DNA of 64,000 bases from Macrostomum lignano (Eukaryota): contig NIVC01000532.1 of the NCBI GenBank assembly GCA_002269645.1, forward strand, positions 323,822 to 387,821, written 5' to 3'. The position numbers and the translations under genes are program-made. This document shows positions 48,500 to 59,700 of this stretch, one piece after another. Below the pieces are notes generated by a model. That model was given only the letters and a program-made list of their open reading frames with translations, did not search any database and was not told the origin of the DNA. Numbering within the stretch: the first letter of the stretch is position 1; every line of letters begins with the position of its first letter.

Positions 48500-50103
48500 T
48501 GTGGCGGCCAGACTACGCGACCGGCAGCACCAGTGCAGCCGCACTGGAAACCCCCCCCCCGCCTCTGTCTAGCTGAGGTGGGGTGGGTACGCGCCAAGCT
48601 AGCCGGCTCGCTAAGCCGGGGGGGTTGGCGTAGCCAATCACGCCATGCCACCTTTTCGCACCTCCCTTGGCCCCTCAATCTGGCGTTGTTTGTAAATCTC
48701 ATATAAATACACGCGCAAAGCAGCACAAACTCTTCGCTGCCATTCCATCTATTGAAACAAAAAGGCCTTCCGCCTCATTGGTGAGCCCGACACCCAGCGC
48801 GGAACGCTGGGCCTACCTGGTCGGCCCTGTGCGGTCCTGGCAGCCAACCGCCTTGGCCGACTGCAACGGCAGCACCGCAGCACAGCAGCACCGCAGCACC
48901 GCAGCACCGCAGCACAGCAGCACCGCAGCCCAGCAGCACCGCAGCCCAGCAGCACGAATCGGCCCAGTCAGCCCGCCCCCCGGTAGCTCCTGGGGTCTCG
49001 CCTTTCGGCCCCGCGTTGGACCAACCAGCGCCACACGCTGCAGCTACTTCTAGGTTAGCACCGCTGCTGCTAGCCTAACGTCCCCAGCCTCTGTGCAGGA
49101 GCATCGATCCGGCTCACGGCGGCAACTGACTGTCGATTGCCTCTGGTGTGGTACGGCCGCGCGCCCCTGCTGCCTTCGGCGCCCACCTGGCGCCCTGCTG
49201 CCATCGGCGCCCGCCTGGCGCCCTGCTGCTATCGGCGCCCGCCTGGCGCCCTGCTGTCTTCGGCGCCCGCCTGGCGTTCTGCTGCCATCGGCGCCCGCCT
49301 GGCGCCCTGCTGCTATCGGCGCCCGCCTGGCGCCCTGCTGTCTTCGGCGCCCGCCTGGCGTTCTGCTGCCTTCGGCGCCCGCCTGGCGCCCTGCTGCCTT
49401 CGGCGCCCGCCTGGCGCCCTGCTGCCTTCGGCGCCCGCCTCGCGCCCCTGCCGCCTTCGGCGCCCGCCTGGCGCCCTGCTGCTGCCTTCGGCGCCCGCCT
49501 GGCGCCCTGCTGCCTTCGGCGCCCGCCTGGCGCCCTGCTGCCTTCGGCGCCCGCCCGGCGCCCGCCTGGCGCCCTGCTGCTTTCGGCGCCCGCCCGGCGA
49601 CCGCTCGGCGACCTGCTGCCATCGGCGCCCGCTCGGCGACCTGCTGCCATCGGCGCCCGCTCGGCGACCTGCTGCCATCGGCGCCCGCTCGGCGACCTGC
49701 TGCCATCGGCGCTCTGCTGCCTTCGGCGCCCGCCTCGCGCCCCCGCCGCCTTCGGCGCCCGCTCCTCTGCGCTCTCGCTGCCTCGGCTACCACCCGACGT
49801 TCGGGCCTAGCTCGGTGCTGGGGGAGCTGTGTGGCGGCCAGACTACGCGACCGGCAGCACCAGTGCAGCCGCACTGGAAACCCCCCCGCCTCTGTCTAGC
49901 TGAGGTGGGGTGGGTACGCGCCAAGCTAGCCGGCTCGCTAAGCCGGGGGGTTGGCGTAGCCAATCACGCCATGCCACCTTTTCGCACCTCCCTTGGCCCC
50001 TCAATCTGGCGTTGTTTGTAAATCTCATATAAATACACGCGCAAAGCAGCACAAACTCTTCGCTGCCATTCCATCTATTGAAACAAAAAGGCCTTCCGCC
50101 TCA
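48500..50103 (+). mobile_element. Non-autonomous LTR retrotransposon (TRIM-like), 1604 bp
   Basis: Direct repeats 48500-48777 and 49830-50103 both run TG...CA and differ only in two homopolymer lengths. PBS-like TGGTGAGCCCGAC at 48779-48791, PPT-like GGGGGAG at 49820-49826, 4-bp TSD TACT at 48496-48499 and 50104-50107. No gag or pol motifs inside. Confidence 0.92.
49160..49775. repeat. GC-rich 28-bp minisatellite inside the LTR element (GGCGCCCGCCTGGCGCCCTGCTGCCTTC)n
   Basis: Tandem units. Source of the overlapping low-complexity ORFs at 49050-50021. Confidence 0.92.
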
Positions 50104-50228
50104 TACTAATATAAATAGAGACAAATCATTCTTAGTGTGGCTAAGTACATCTTCTTTATTTTGAATAATATAATAAATATGCTTCATAAAGTAATAAATT
50201 ATGCTTTCTTTTATTTCAATATTTACAC

Positions 50229-52302
50229 ATGGATTCCAGGCTTTGCCATAATAAGCTATCCATGCACCACTCTGGCGCCAGTCAGCCCAGTGGGGCAGTC
50301 AATGGCCAGGCCTTCAGGCCGCCTCGCCGTCAGTCGTCTCGCATTGAATGCCTTGTTGGTGCTCAGCGAGTCCAGCAGGCAGCTGAGCGGCTGCTGCTCT
50401 GCTCCAAGATGTGGCCGCCGCCGCCACCGACGTTGCCGATGCCGATGTCGGACACTGGGCAGGCCGTGTCGCCATCGCGCGTCGAGCCGAGCGATCACCG
50501 GGCCAGGCGGGAACTCGCCAACCTGCGCCTGCTGGTTGAGGAGGCCCGACGCGGCGGCCGAACCATGCTGGCCGCGGCGCCCAACGATGAGGAGGACGAG
50601 GCTGCGGCCGACTTTGCCCGCCGACTTCAGGTTGGCATGCTGGGGAAGCTGGACAATAGGGGAATTGAACTGGACATTAGGGGAACTGGGTCGGACATTA
50701 GAGGGAATTGAATTGGACATTAGAAGAATTGAATCGGACATTAGGGGAACTGGATTGGGCATTAGGGAAATTGAATCGGACATTAGGGGAACTGAATTAG
50801 ATATTAGGGGAACTGGATCGGACATTAGGGGACCTGAATTAGATATTAGGGGAACTGGATCGGACATTAGGTTTTAGGATTGGACATTAGAGGAATTGAA
50901 TCGGACATTAGGGGAACTGGATCAGACATTAGAAGATATGGGTCAGGTGAACTGGACTCAGAAAAAACCTCTAATTCTCATCCTCCTGATCCCATTCCAC
51001 CGAAGATGTCCTGCGTGGGTTTTATCGAGTCGGTCTATCGATCTGTGTACTCCCTGATCAGCCAGCAGCAGCCGCAGTCTTTAAGTGAGGACCACCAGCA
51101 GCAGCAGCAGCTCAACCGTCTGGCAGTGGCCCGCGCCTGCGACGGCCTTCTGGCCTCGGCGCTGGGTCTGGAGCTGTCCTTAGCTCTGTCATCCGGTTCT
51201 GGGCCAGACGATCGACAACTGGAACGACTGGCTGAACAACTCGGACAGAGCCTGGCCGAACTGTCTAAGGCTGGTCGGCCGGCGAGGCTGGGCGGCGATC
51301 CGGCGGACATGGAAGCGCTGCAGCTGGCCGTGCGGTGCGCGTCCGCCGCTGTGGCCCAGCTGCTGCACGCTGTCCGCTGCGTGCGGGCTGCGCTGGCCAG
51401 CTGTGAGTGCCTGTCTGATGTCTGATGTCCGCCTCTCTGATGTCAGCCTGTCTGATGTCTGATGTCCGCCTGTCTGATGTCAGCCTGTCTGATGTCAGCC
51501 TGTCTGATGTCTTATGTCCGCCTGTCTGATGTCAGCCTGTCTGATGTCTGATGTCTGATGTCCGCCTCTCTGATGTCAGCCTGTCTGATGTCTGATGTCT
51601 GATGTCCGCCTCTCTGATGTTTGCCTGTCTGATGTCTGATGTCTGCCTGTCTGATGTCTGATGTTTGCCTGTCTGATGTCTGCCTGTCTGCCTGTCTGAT
51701 GTCTGATGTTTGCCTGTCTGATGTCTGCCTGTCTGCCTGTCTGATGTCTGCCTGTCTGGTGTCTGCCTGTCTGATGTCTGCCTGTCTGATGTCCGCCTGT
51801 CTGATATCTGTCTGCCAACTTGTCCTGGTGTCTTTCTAATGTGTCCGTCTGTCATACTCTCATCTGCCCTCCTCGTCCGTCTTCAGTGGGCGCAGGCGGA
51901 CACCCCAAGGAGGACCCGGCGGCGGCGCTGGAGGAGCTCCGGTCTCGAGTCCATCTGGCGGTTGAGAATCTCCGGCCGGCCGTGGCCACGGTGCTGGCCG
52001 TGTCCGGCGAGTCCCGGTTCTCCGGTCGGCCGTTTCGCCTAACGGACGAGGCGAAGAACGGACGGGCCAGGGCTCTGGGCCATGCGCTGCCTGTGGCGCT
52101 GTGCACCGCCGAACTGCTCACCGCGATGGCCGGAGCTACCGAGCAACAGGCGTCGCCAGCTCAGCAGCAGCGGCAGCGGCTGAACCAGCTGGCCGAGTCT
52201 TTGAATGCCGCCTGCACGGACTGCCTGGCCAAGCTGCTGCCAGGCCAGCCGGGTGCTGCGGCCTCGCCTGTGGCCGGTGATGGCCGACTGGACAGGCTGT
52301 GA
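50229..52302 (+). CDS. TLNRD1: Talin rod domain-containing protein 1 (TLNRD1/MESDC1) homologue, ~404 aa. Exons 50229-50630, 51006-51402, 51887-52302
   Basis: Spliced helical-bundle protein matching recalled TLNRD1 segments: DMEALQLAVRCASAAVAQLLHAVRCV (cf. [25 protein letters not shown]), ESRFSGRPFRLTDEAK (cf. EPQFLGRAAAVSAEGK), RQRLNQLAESLNAAC (cf. RERLRNSACAVSEGC). Junctions cag|gttggc...gaag|ATG (phase 0) and t|gtgagt...ttcag|tg (phase 1). The start could instead be ATG 50262. Confidence 0.82.
50651..50932. repeat. 21-bp intronic minisatellite (GGACATTAGGGGAACTGGATC)n containing TTAGGG
   Basis: Fills most of TLNRD1 intron 1. Confidence 0.92.
51411..51812. repeat. Intronic (TGTCTGATGTC/CGCC)-type short-unit repeat
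   Basis: Starts ~8 nt after the donor and fills most of TLNRD1 intron 2. Confidence 0.92.
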
Positions 52303-52384
52303 CCGAGCTGGGGTGGCTCGCTTAACTCGAAATCCCATAAACCTAGCAGCCTCAAAAAATCTCATCTCCATTAACTGGACTCAA

Positions 52385-53012
52385 TGAACCAGAAACTCCA
52401 TAAACCAGAACTCCATGAACCAGAAACTCCATAAACCAGAAACTCCATGAACCAGAAACTCCATAAACCAGAACTCCATGAACCAGAAACTCCATAAACC
52501 AGAAACTCCATAAACCAGAAACTCCATAAACCAGAAGCTCCATAAACTAGAAACTCCATAAACTATAAACTCCCTAAACCAGAAACTCCATAAACCAGAA
52601 ACTCCATAAACTATAAACTCCATAAACCAGAACTCCATAAACTAGGAACTCCATAAACCAGAAACTCCATAAACTATAAACTCCATAAACCAGAAACTCC
52701 ATAAACTATAAACTCCATAAACCAGAAACTCCATAAACTATAAACTCCATAAACCAGAACTCCATAAACTAGGAACTCCATAAACCAGAAACTCCATAAA
52801 CCAGAAACTCCATAAACCAGAACTCCATAAACTATAAACTCTATAAACCAGAAACTCCATAAACCAGAAACTCCATAAACCAGAAACTCCATAAACCAGA
52901 AACTCCATGAACCAGATACTCCTAACTCCTTAAACCAGAAACTCTCTAAACCAGATACTCCATAAACCAGAAACTCCATAAACTATAAACTCCATGAACT
53001 AGAAACATCATA
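52385..53012. repeat. 15/16-bp minisatellite (AAACCAGAAACTCCAT)n
   Basis: Starts ~80 nt after the TLNRD1 stop codon. Confidence 0.95.
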
Positions 53013-53767
53013 AACCAAAAAATGTCAATCTCTTTCTTTCAACTCCGAACTTCCTAAAACCCCAAGCTTGATAAAAACATCCTGAACATGTATTTTGTCA
53101 GAATTGACAGAATGGGATAACAGGAGAAAGTATTTATTAACTTTTACTTTTTAAGTTTAAGTTTAAATTGATTTGCAACTGAGAAGAGATTTTCCCAGTC
53201 AAAAGGATCTGGGAAGTTTCATATGTTTGTGCAGTTAAAACTGTGATTTTAGCACTTCCAATTTTACTTAAGTAATCTGCAATATACGAGCCAGGTTTAA
53301 AAAATTGCATGCTTTTATTTGTAATAATTTTTTTCAGTTAAACAAGACTTTTTTCTCCAGTCAAATTGCAATCAAATTTTTCTACGATGTGCAACAATTT
53401 TCTCCGGGTTTTCGTGTTACAATTTTTGTTTATTCGCAGAAAAGAAGAGGCGGCGTATTTTCAAATAAAATTGGGAAAAAAATGGAGATGTATGATGTAC
53501 AGATAAAGTCAATTGAAGTCAATTCCGATTTTAATTGTATATGTACGAGTATTATTGATTAATTATGTGTCCTAGTTTACTATGTTCAATTATATTATTG
53601 CATTCTACCGTAATCAATGCTTATATAACAGTTAATATTAAATAAAATTGCAAGAAATCATTAAATTTTATAATATATATCAAGAAATATAGTCAAAAAA
53701 CTATAGAAAGTACTGCCTCCTACACCTGACCTTTATGTATTGTTAACCAGCACTTATTCTGCTGTAC

Positions 53768-56700
53768 AGGGTAGATAAGTGGCAATTATTCTGGTTTAGA
53801 GGAGTGGATAAGGGGCAATTATTCTGGTTTAGAGGGGTGGATAAGTGGCAATCATTCTGGTGTAGAGGGATAGATAAGGGGCAATTATTCTGGTTTAGAG
53901 GGATAGATAAGTGGCAATTATTCTGGTGTAGAGGAGTGGATAAGGGGCAATTATTCTGGTTTAGAGGGGTGGATAAGTGGTAATCATTCTGGTGTAGAGG
54001 GATAGATAAGGGGCAATTATTCTGGTGTAGAGGGGTGGATAAGGGGAAATTATTCTGGTTTAGAGGAGTGGATAAGGGGCAATTATTCTGGTTTAGAGGG
54101 GTGGATAAGGGGCAATCATTCTGGTGTAGAGGGATAGATAAGGGGCAATTATTCTGGTTTAGAGGGATAGATAAGTGGCAATTATTCTGGTGTAGAGGGG
54201 TGGATAAGGGGCAATTATTCTGGTTTAAAGGGGTGGATAAGTGGCAATCATTCTGGTGTAGAGGGATAGATAAGGGGCAATTATTCTGGTTTAGAGGGAT
54301 AGATAAGTGGCAATTATTCTGGTGTAGAGGAGTGGATAAGGGGCAATTATTCTGGTTTAGAGGGGTGTATAAGTGGTAATCATTCTGGTGAAGAGGGATA
54401 GATAAGGGGCAATTATTCTGGTGTAGAGGGGTGGATAAGGGGAAATTATTCTGGTTTAGAGGGGTGGATAAGGGGCAATTATTCTGGTTTAGAGGGGTGG
54501 ATAAGTGGCAATCATTCTGGTGTAGAGGGGTGGATAAGGGGCAATTATTCTGGTTTAGAGGGGTGGATAAGGGGAAATTATTCTGGTTTAGAGGGGTGGA
54601 TAAGGGGCAATTATTCTGGTTTAGAGGGGTGGATAAGGGGAAATTATTCTGGTTTAGAGGGGTGGATAAGGGGCAATTATTCTGGTTTAGAGGGGTGGAT
54701 AAGGGGAAATTATTCTGGTTTAGAGGGGTGGATAAGGGGCAATAATTCTGGTTTAGAGGGGTGGATAAGTGGCAATCATTCTGGTGTAGAGGGATGGATA
54801 AGTGGCAATTATTCTGGTTTAGAGGGGTGGATAAGGGGAAATTATTCTGGTGTAGAGGGGTGGATAAGGGGCAATTATTCTGGTGTAGAGGGATAGATAA
54901 GGGGCAATTATTCTGGTGTAGAGGGATGGATAAGTGGTAATCATTCTGGTGTAGAGGGATAGATAAGGGGCAATCATTCTGGTGTAGAGGGATAGATAAG
55001 GGGCAATTATTCTGGTGTAGAGGAGTGGATAAGGGGCAATTATTCTGGTTTAGAGGGGTGGATAAGTGGTAATCATTCTGGTGTAGAGGGATAGATAAGG
55101 GGCAATTATTCTGGTGTAGAGGGGTGGATAAGGGGAAATTATTCTGGTTTAGAGGAGTGGATAAGGGGCAATTATTCTGGTTTAGAGGGGTGGATAAGGG
55201 GCAATCATTCTGGTGTAGAGGGATAGATAAGGGGCAATTATTCTGGTTTAGAGGGATAGATAAGTGGCAATTATTCTGGTGTAGAGGGGTGGATAAGGGG
55301 CAATTATTCTGGTTTAAAGGGGTGGATAAGTGGCAATCATTCTGGTGTAGAGGGATAGATAAGGGGCAATTATTCTGGTTTAGAGGGATAGATAAGTGGC
55401 AATTATTCTGGTGTAGAGGAGTGGATAAGGGGCAATTATTCTGGTTTAGAGGGGTGGATAAGTGGTAATCATTCTGGTGTAGAGGGATAGATAAGGGGCA
55501 ATTATTCTGGTGTAGAGGGGTGGATAAGGGGAAATTATTCTGGTTTAGAGGGGTGGATAAGGGGCAATTATTCTGGTTTAGAGGGGTGGATAAGTGGCAA
55601 TCATTCTGGTGTAGAAGGGTGGATAAGGGGCAATTATTCTGGTTTAGAGGGGTGGATAAGGGGAAATTATTCTGGTTTAGAGGGGTGGATAAGGGGCAAT
55701 TATTCTGGTTTAGAGGGGTGGATAAGTGGCAATCATTCTGGTGTAGAGGGGTGGATAAGGGGCAATTATTCTGGTTTAGAGGGGTGGATAAGGGGAAATT
55801 ATTCTGGTTTAGAGGGGTGGATAAGGGCAATTATTCTGGTTTAGAGGGGTGGATAAGGGGAAATTATTCTGGTTTAGAGGGTGGATAAGGGGCAATTATT
55901 CTGGTTTAGAGGGGTGGATAAGGGGAAATTATTCTGGTTTAGAGGGGTGGATAAGGGGCAATAATTCTGGTTTAGAGGGGTGGATAAGTGGCAATCATTC
56001 TGGTGTAGAGGGATGGATAAGTGGCAATTATTCTGGTTTAGAGGGTGGATAAGGGGAAATTATTCTGGTGTAGAGGGTGGATAAGGGGCAATTATTCTGG
56101 TGTAGAGGGATAGATAAGGGGCAATTATTCTGGTGTAGAGGGATAGATAAGGGCAATCATTCTGGTGTAGAGGGATAGATAAGGGGCAATTATTCTGGTG
56201 TAGAGGAGTGGATAAGGGGCAATTATTCTGGTTTAGAGGGGTGGATAAGTGGTAATCATTCTGGTGTAGAGGGATAGATAAGGGGCAATTATTCTGGTGT
56301 AGAGGGTGGATAAGGGGAATTATTCTGGTTTAGAGGAGTGGATAAGGGGCAATTATTCTGGTTTAGAGGGGTGGATAAGGGCAATCATTCTGGTGTAGAG
56401 GGATAGATAAGGGGCAATTATTCTGGTTTAGAGGGATAGATAAGTGGCAATTATTCTGGTGTAGAGGGGTGGATAAGGGGCAATTATTCTGGTTTAAAGG
56501 GGTGGATAAGTGGCAATCATTCTGGTGTAGAGGGATAGATAAGGGGCAATTATTCTGGTTTAGAGGGATAGATAAGTGGCAATTATTCTGGTGTAGAGGA
56601 GTGGATAAGGGGCAATTATTCTGGTTTAGAGGGGTGGATAAGTGGTAATCATTCTGGTGTAGAGGGATAGATAAGGGGCAATTATTCTGGTGTAGAGGGG

Positions 56701-59700
56701 TGGATAAGGGGAAATTATTCTGGTTTCGAGGGGTGGATAAGGGGCAATTATTCTGGTTTAGAGGGGTGGATAAGTGGCAATCATTCTGGTGTAGAGGGGT
56801 GGATAAGGGGCAATTATTCTGGTTTAGAGGGGTGGATAAGGGGAAATTATTCTGGTTTAGAGGGGTGGATAAGGGGCAATTATTCTGGTTTAGAGGGGTG
56901 GATAAGGGGAAATTATTCTGGTTTAGAGGGTGGATAAGGGGCAATTATTCTGGTTTAGAGGGGTGGATAAGGGGAAATTATTCTGGTTTAGAGGGGTGGA
57001 TAAGGGGCAATAATTCTGGTTTAGAGGGTGGATAAGTGGCAATCATTCTGGTGTAGAGGGATGGATAAGTGGCAATTATTCTGGTTTAGAGGGGTGGATA
57101 AGGGGAAATTATTCTGGTGTAGAGGGGTGGATAAGGGGCAATTATTCTGGTGTAGAGGGATAGATAAGGGGCAATCATTCTGGTGTAGAGGGATAGATAA
57201 GGGGCAATCATTCTGGTGTAGAGGGATAGATAAGGGGCAATTATTCTGGTGTAGAGGAGTGGATAAGGGGCAATTATTCTGGTTTAGAGGGTGGATAAGT
57301 GGTAATCATTCTGGTGTAGAGGGATAGATAAGGGGCAATTATTCTGGTGTAGAGGGGTGGATAAGGGGAAATTATTCTGGTTTAGAGGAGTGGATAAGGG
57401 GCAATTATTCTGGTTTAGAGGGGTGGATAAGGGGCAATCATTCTGGTGTAGAGGGATAGATAAGGGGCAATTATTCTGGTTTAGAGGGATAGATAAGTGG
57501 CAATTATTCTGGTGTAGAGGGGTGGATAAGGGGCAATTATTCTGGTTTAAGGGGTGGATAAGTGGCAATCATTCTGGTGTAGAGGGATAGATAAGGGGCA
57601 ATTATTCTGGTTTAGAGGGATAGATAAGTGGCAATTATTCTGGTGTAGAGAGTGGATAAGGGGCAATTATTCTGGTTTAGAGGGGTGGATAAGTGGTAAT
57701 CATTCTGGTGTAGAGGGATAGATAAGGGGCAATTATTCTGGTGTAGAGGGGTGGATAAGGGGAAATTATTCTGGTTTAGAGGGTGGATAAGGGGCAATTA
57801 TTCTGGTTTAGAGGGGTGGATAAGTGGCAATCATTCTGGTGTAGAGGGTGGATAAGGGGCAATTATTCTGGTTTAGAGGGGTGGATAAGGGGAAATTATT
57901 CTGGTTTAGAGGGGTGGATAAGGGGCAATTATTCTGGTTTAGAGGGGTGGATAAGGGGAAATTATTCTGGTGTAGAGGGGTGGATAAGGGGCAATTATTC
58001 TGGTTTAGAGGGGTGGATAAGGGGAAATTATTCTGGTTTAGAGGGGTGGATAAGGGGCAATTATTCTGGTTTAGAGGGGTGGATAAGTGGCAATCATTCT
58101 GGTGTAGAGGGATGGATAAGTGGCAATTATTCTGGTTTAGAGGGGTGGATAAGGGGAAATTATTCTGGTGTAGAGGGTGGATAAGGGGCAATTATTCTGG
58201 TGTAGAGGGTAGATAAGGGGCAATCATTCTGGTGTAGAGGGATAGATAAGGGGCAATCATTCTGGTGTAGAGGGATAGATAAGGGGCAATCATTCTGGTG
58301 TAGAGGGATAGATAAGGGGCAATTATTCTGGTGTAGTGGGGTGGATAAGGGGTAATCATTCTGGTGTAGAGGGATAGATAAGGGGCAATTATTCTGGTGT
58401 AGAGGGGTGATAAGGGGAAATTATTCTGGTTAGAGGAGTGGATAAGGGGCAATTATTCTGGTTTAGAGGGGATAAGGGGCAATCATTCTGGTGTAGAGGG
58501 ATAGATAAGGGGCAATTATTCTGGTTTAGAGGGATAGATAAGTGGCAATCATTCTGGTGTAGAGGGGTGGATAAGGGGCAATTATTTTGGTTTAAAGGGG
58601 TGAATAAGTGGCAATCATTCTGGTGTAGAGGGATAGATAAGGGGCAATCATTCTGGTTTAGAGGGATAGATAAGTGGCAATTATTCTGGTGTAGAGGAGT
58701 GGATAAGGGGAAATTATTCTGGTTTAGAGGAGTGGATAAGGGGCAATTATTCTGGTTTAGAGGGGTGGATAAGGGGCAATCATTCTGGTGTAGAGGGATA
58801 GATAAGGGCAATTATTCTGGTTTAGAGGGATAGATAAGTGGCAATTATTCTGGTGTAGAGGGTGGATAAGGGGCAATTATTCTGGTTTAAAGGGTGGATA
58901 AGTGGCAATCATTCTGGTGTAGAGGGATAGATAAGGGGCAATTATTCTGGTTTGAGGGATAGATAAGTGGCAATTATTCTGGTGTAGAGGAGTGGATAAG
59001 GGCAATTATTCTGGTTTAGAGGGGTGGATAAGGGGTAATCATTCTGGTGTAGAGGGATAGATAAGGGGCAATTATTCTGGTGTAGAGGGGTGGATAAGGG
59101 GAAATTATTCTGGTTTAGAGGAGTGGATAAGGGGCAATTATTCTGGTTTAGAGGGGTGGATAAGTGGCAATCATTCTGGTGTAGAGGGGTGGATAAGGGC
59201 AATTATTCTGGTTTAGAGGGTGGATAAGGGGAAATTATTCTGGTTTAGAGGGTGGATAAGGGGCAATTATTCTGGTTTAGAGGGTGGATAAGGGAAATTA
59301 TTCTGGTTTAGAGGGTGGAGATAAGGGGCAATTATTCTGGTTTAGAGGGTGGATAAGGGAAATTATTCTGGTTTAGAGGGGTGGATAAGGGGCAATAATT
59401 CTGGTTTAGAGGGGTGGATAAGTGGCAATCATTCTGGTGTAGAGGGATGGATAAGTGGCAATTATTCTGGTTTAGAGGGGTGGATAAGGGGAAATTATTC
59501 TGGTGTAGAGGGGTGGATAAGGGCAATTATTCTGGTGTAGAGGGATAGATAAGGGGCAATCATTCTGGTGTAGAGGGATAGATAAGGGGCAATCATTCTG
59601 GTGTAGAGGGATAGATAAGGGCAATCATTCTGGTGTAGAGGGATAGATAAGGGGCAATTATTCTGGTGTAGTGGGGTGGATAAGGGGCAATTATTCTGTG

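Noticed and set aside
49050-50021. Overlapping 120-294-aa ORFs as gag or accessory genes of the LTR element
   Set aside because: They are low-complexity translations of the GC-rich 28-bp array with no CCHC knuckle, protease, RT or integrase motifs.
53743-55830. 695-aa minus-strand ORF (LSTPLNQNNCP)n and related ORFs to 62338 as a repeat protein
   Set aside because: It is a translation of the 33-bp satellite (unit divisible by 3), has no unique N- or C-terminal domain, and the frame breaks repeatedly further along.
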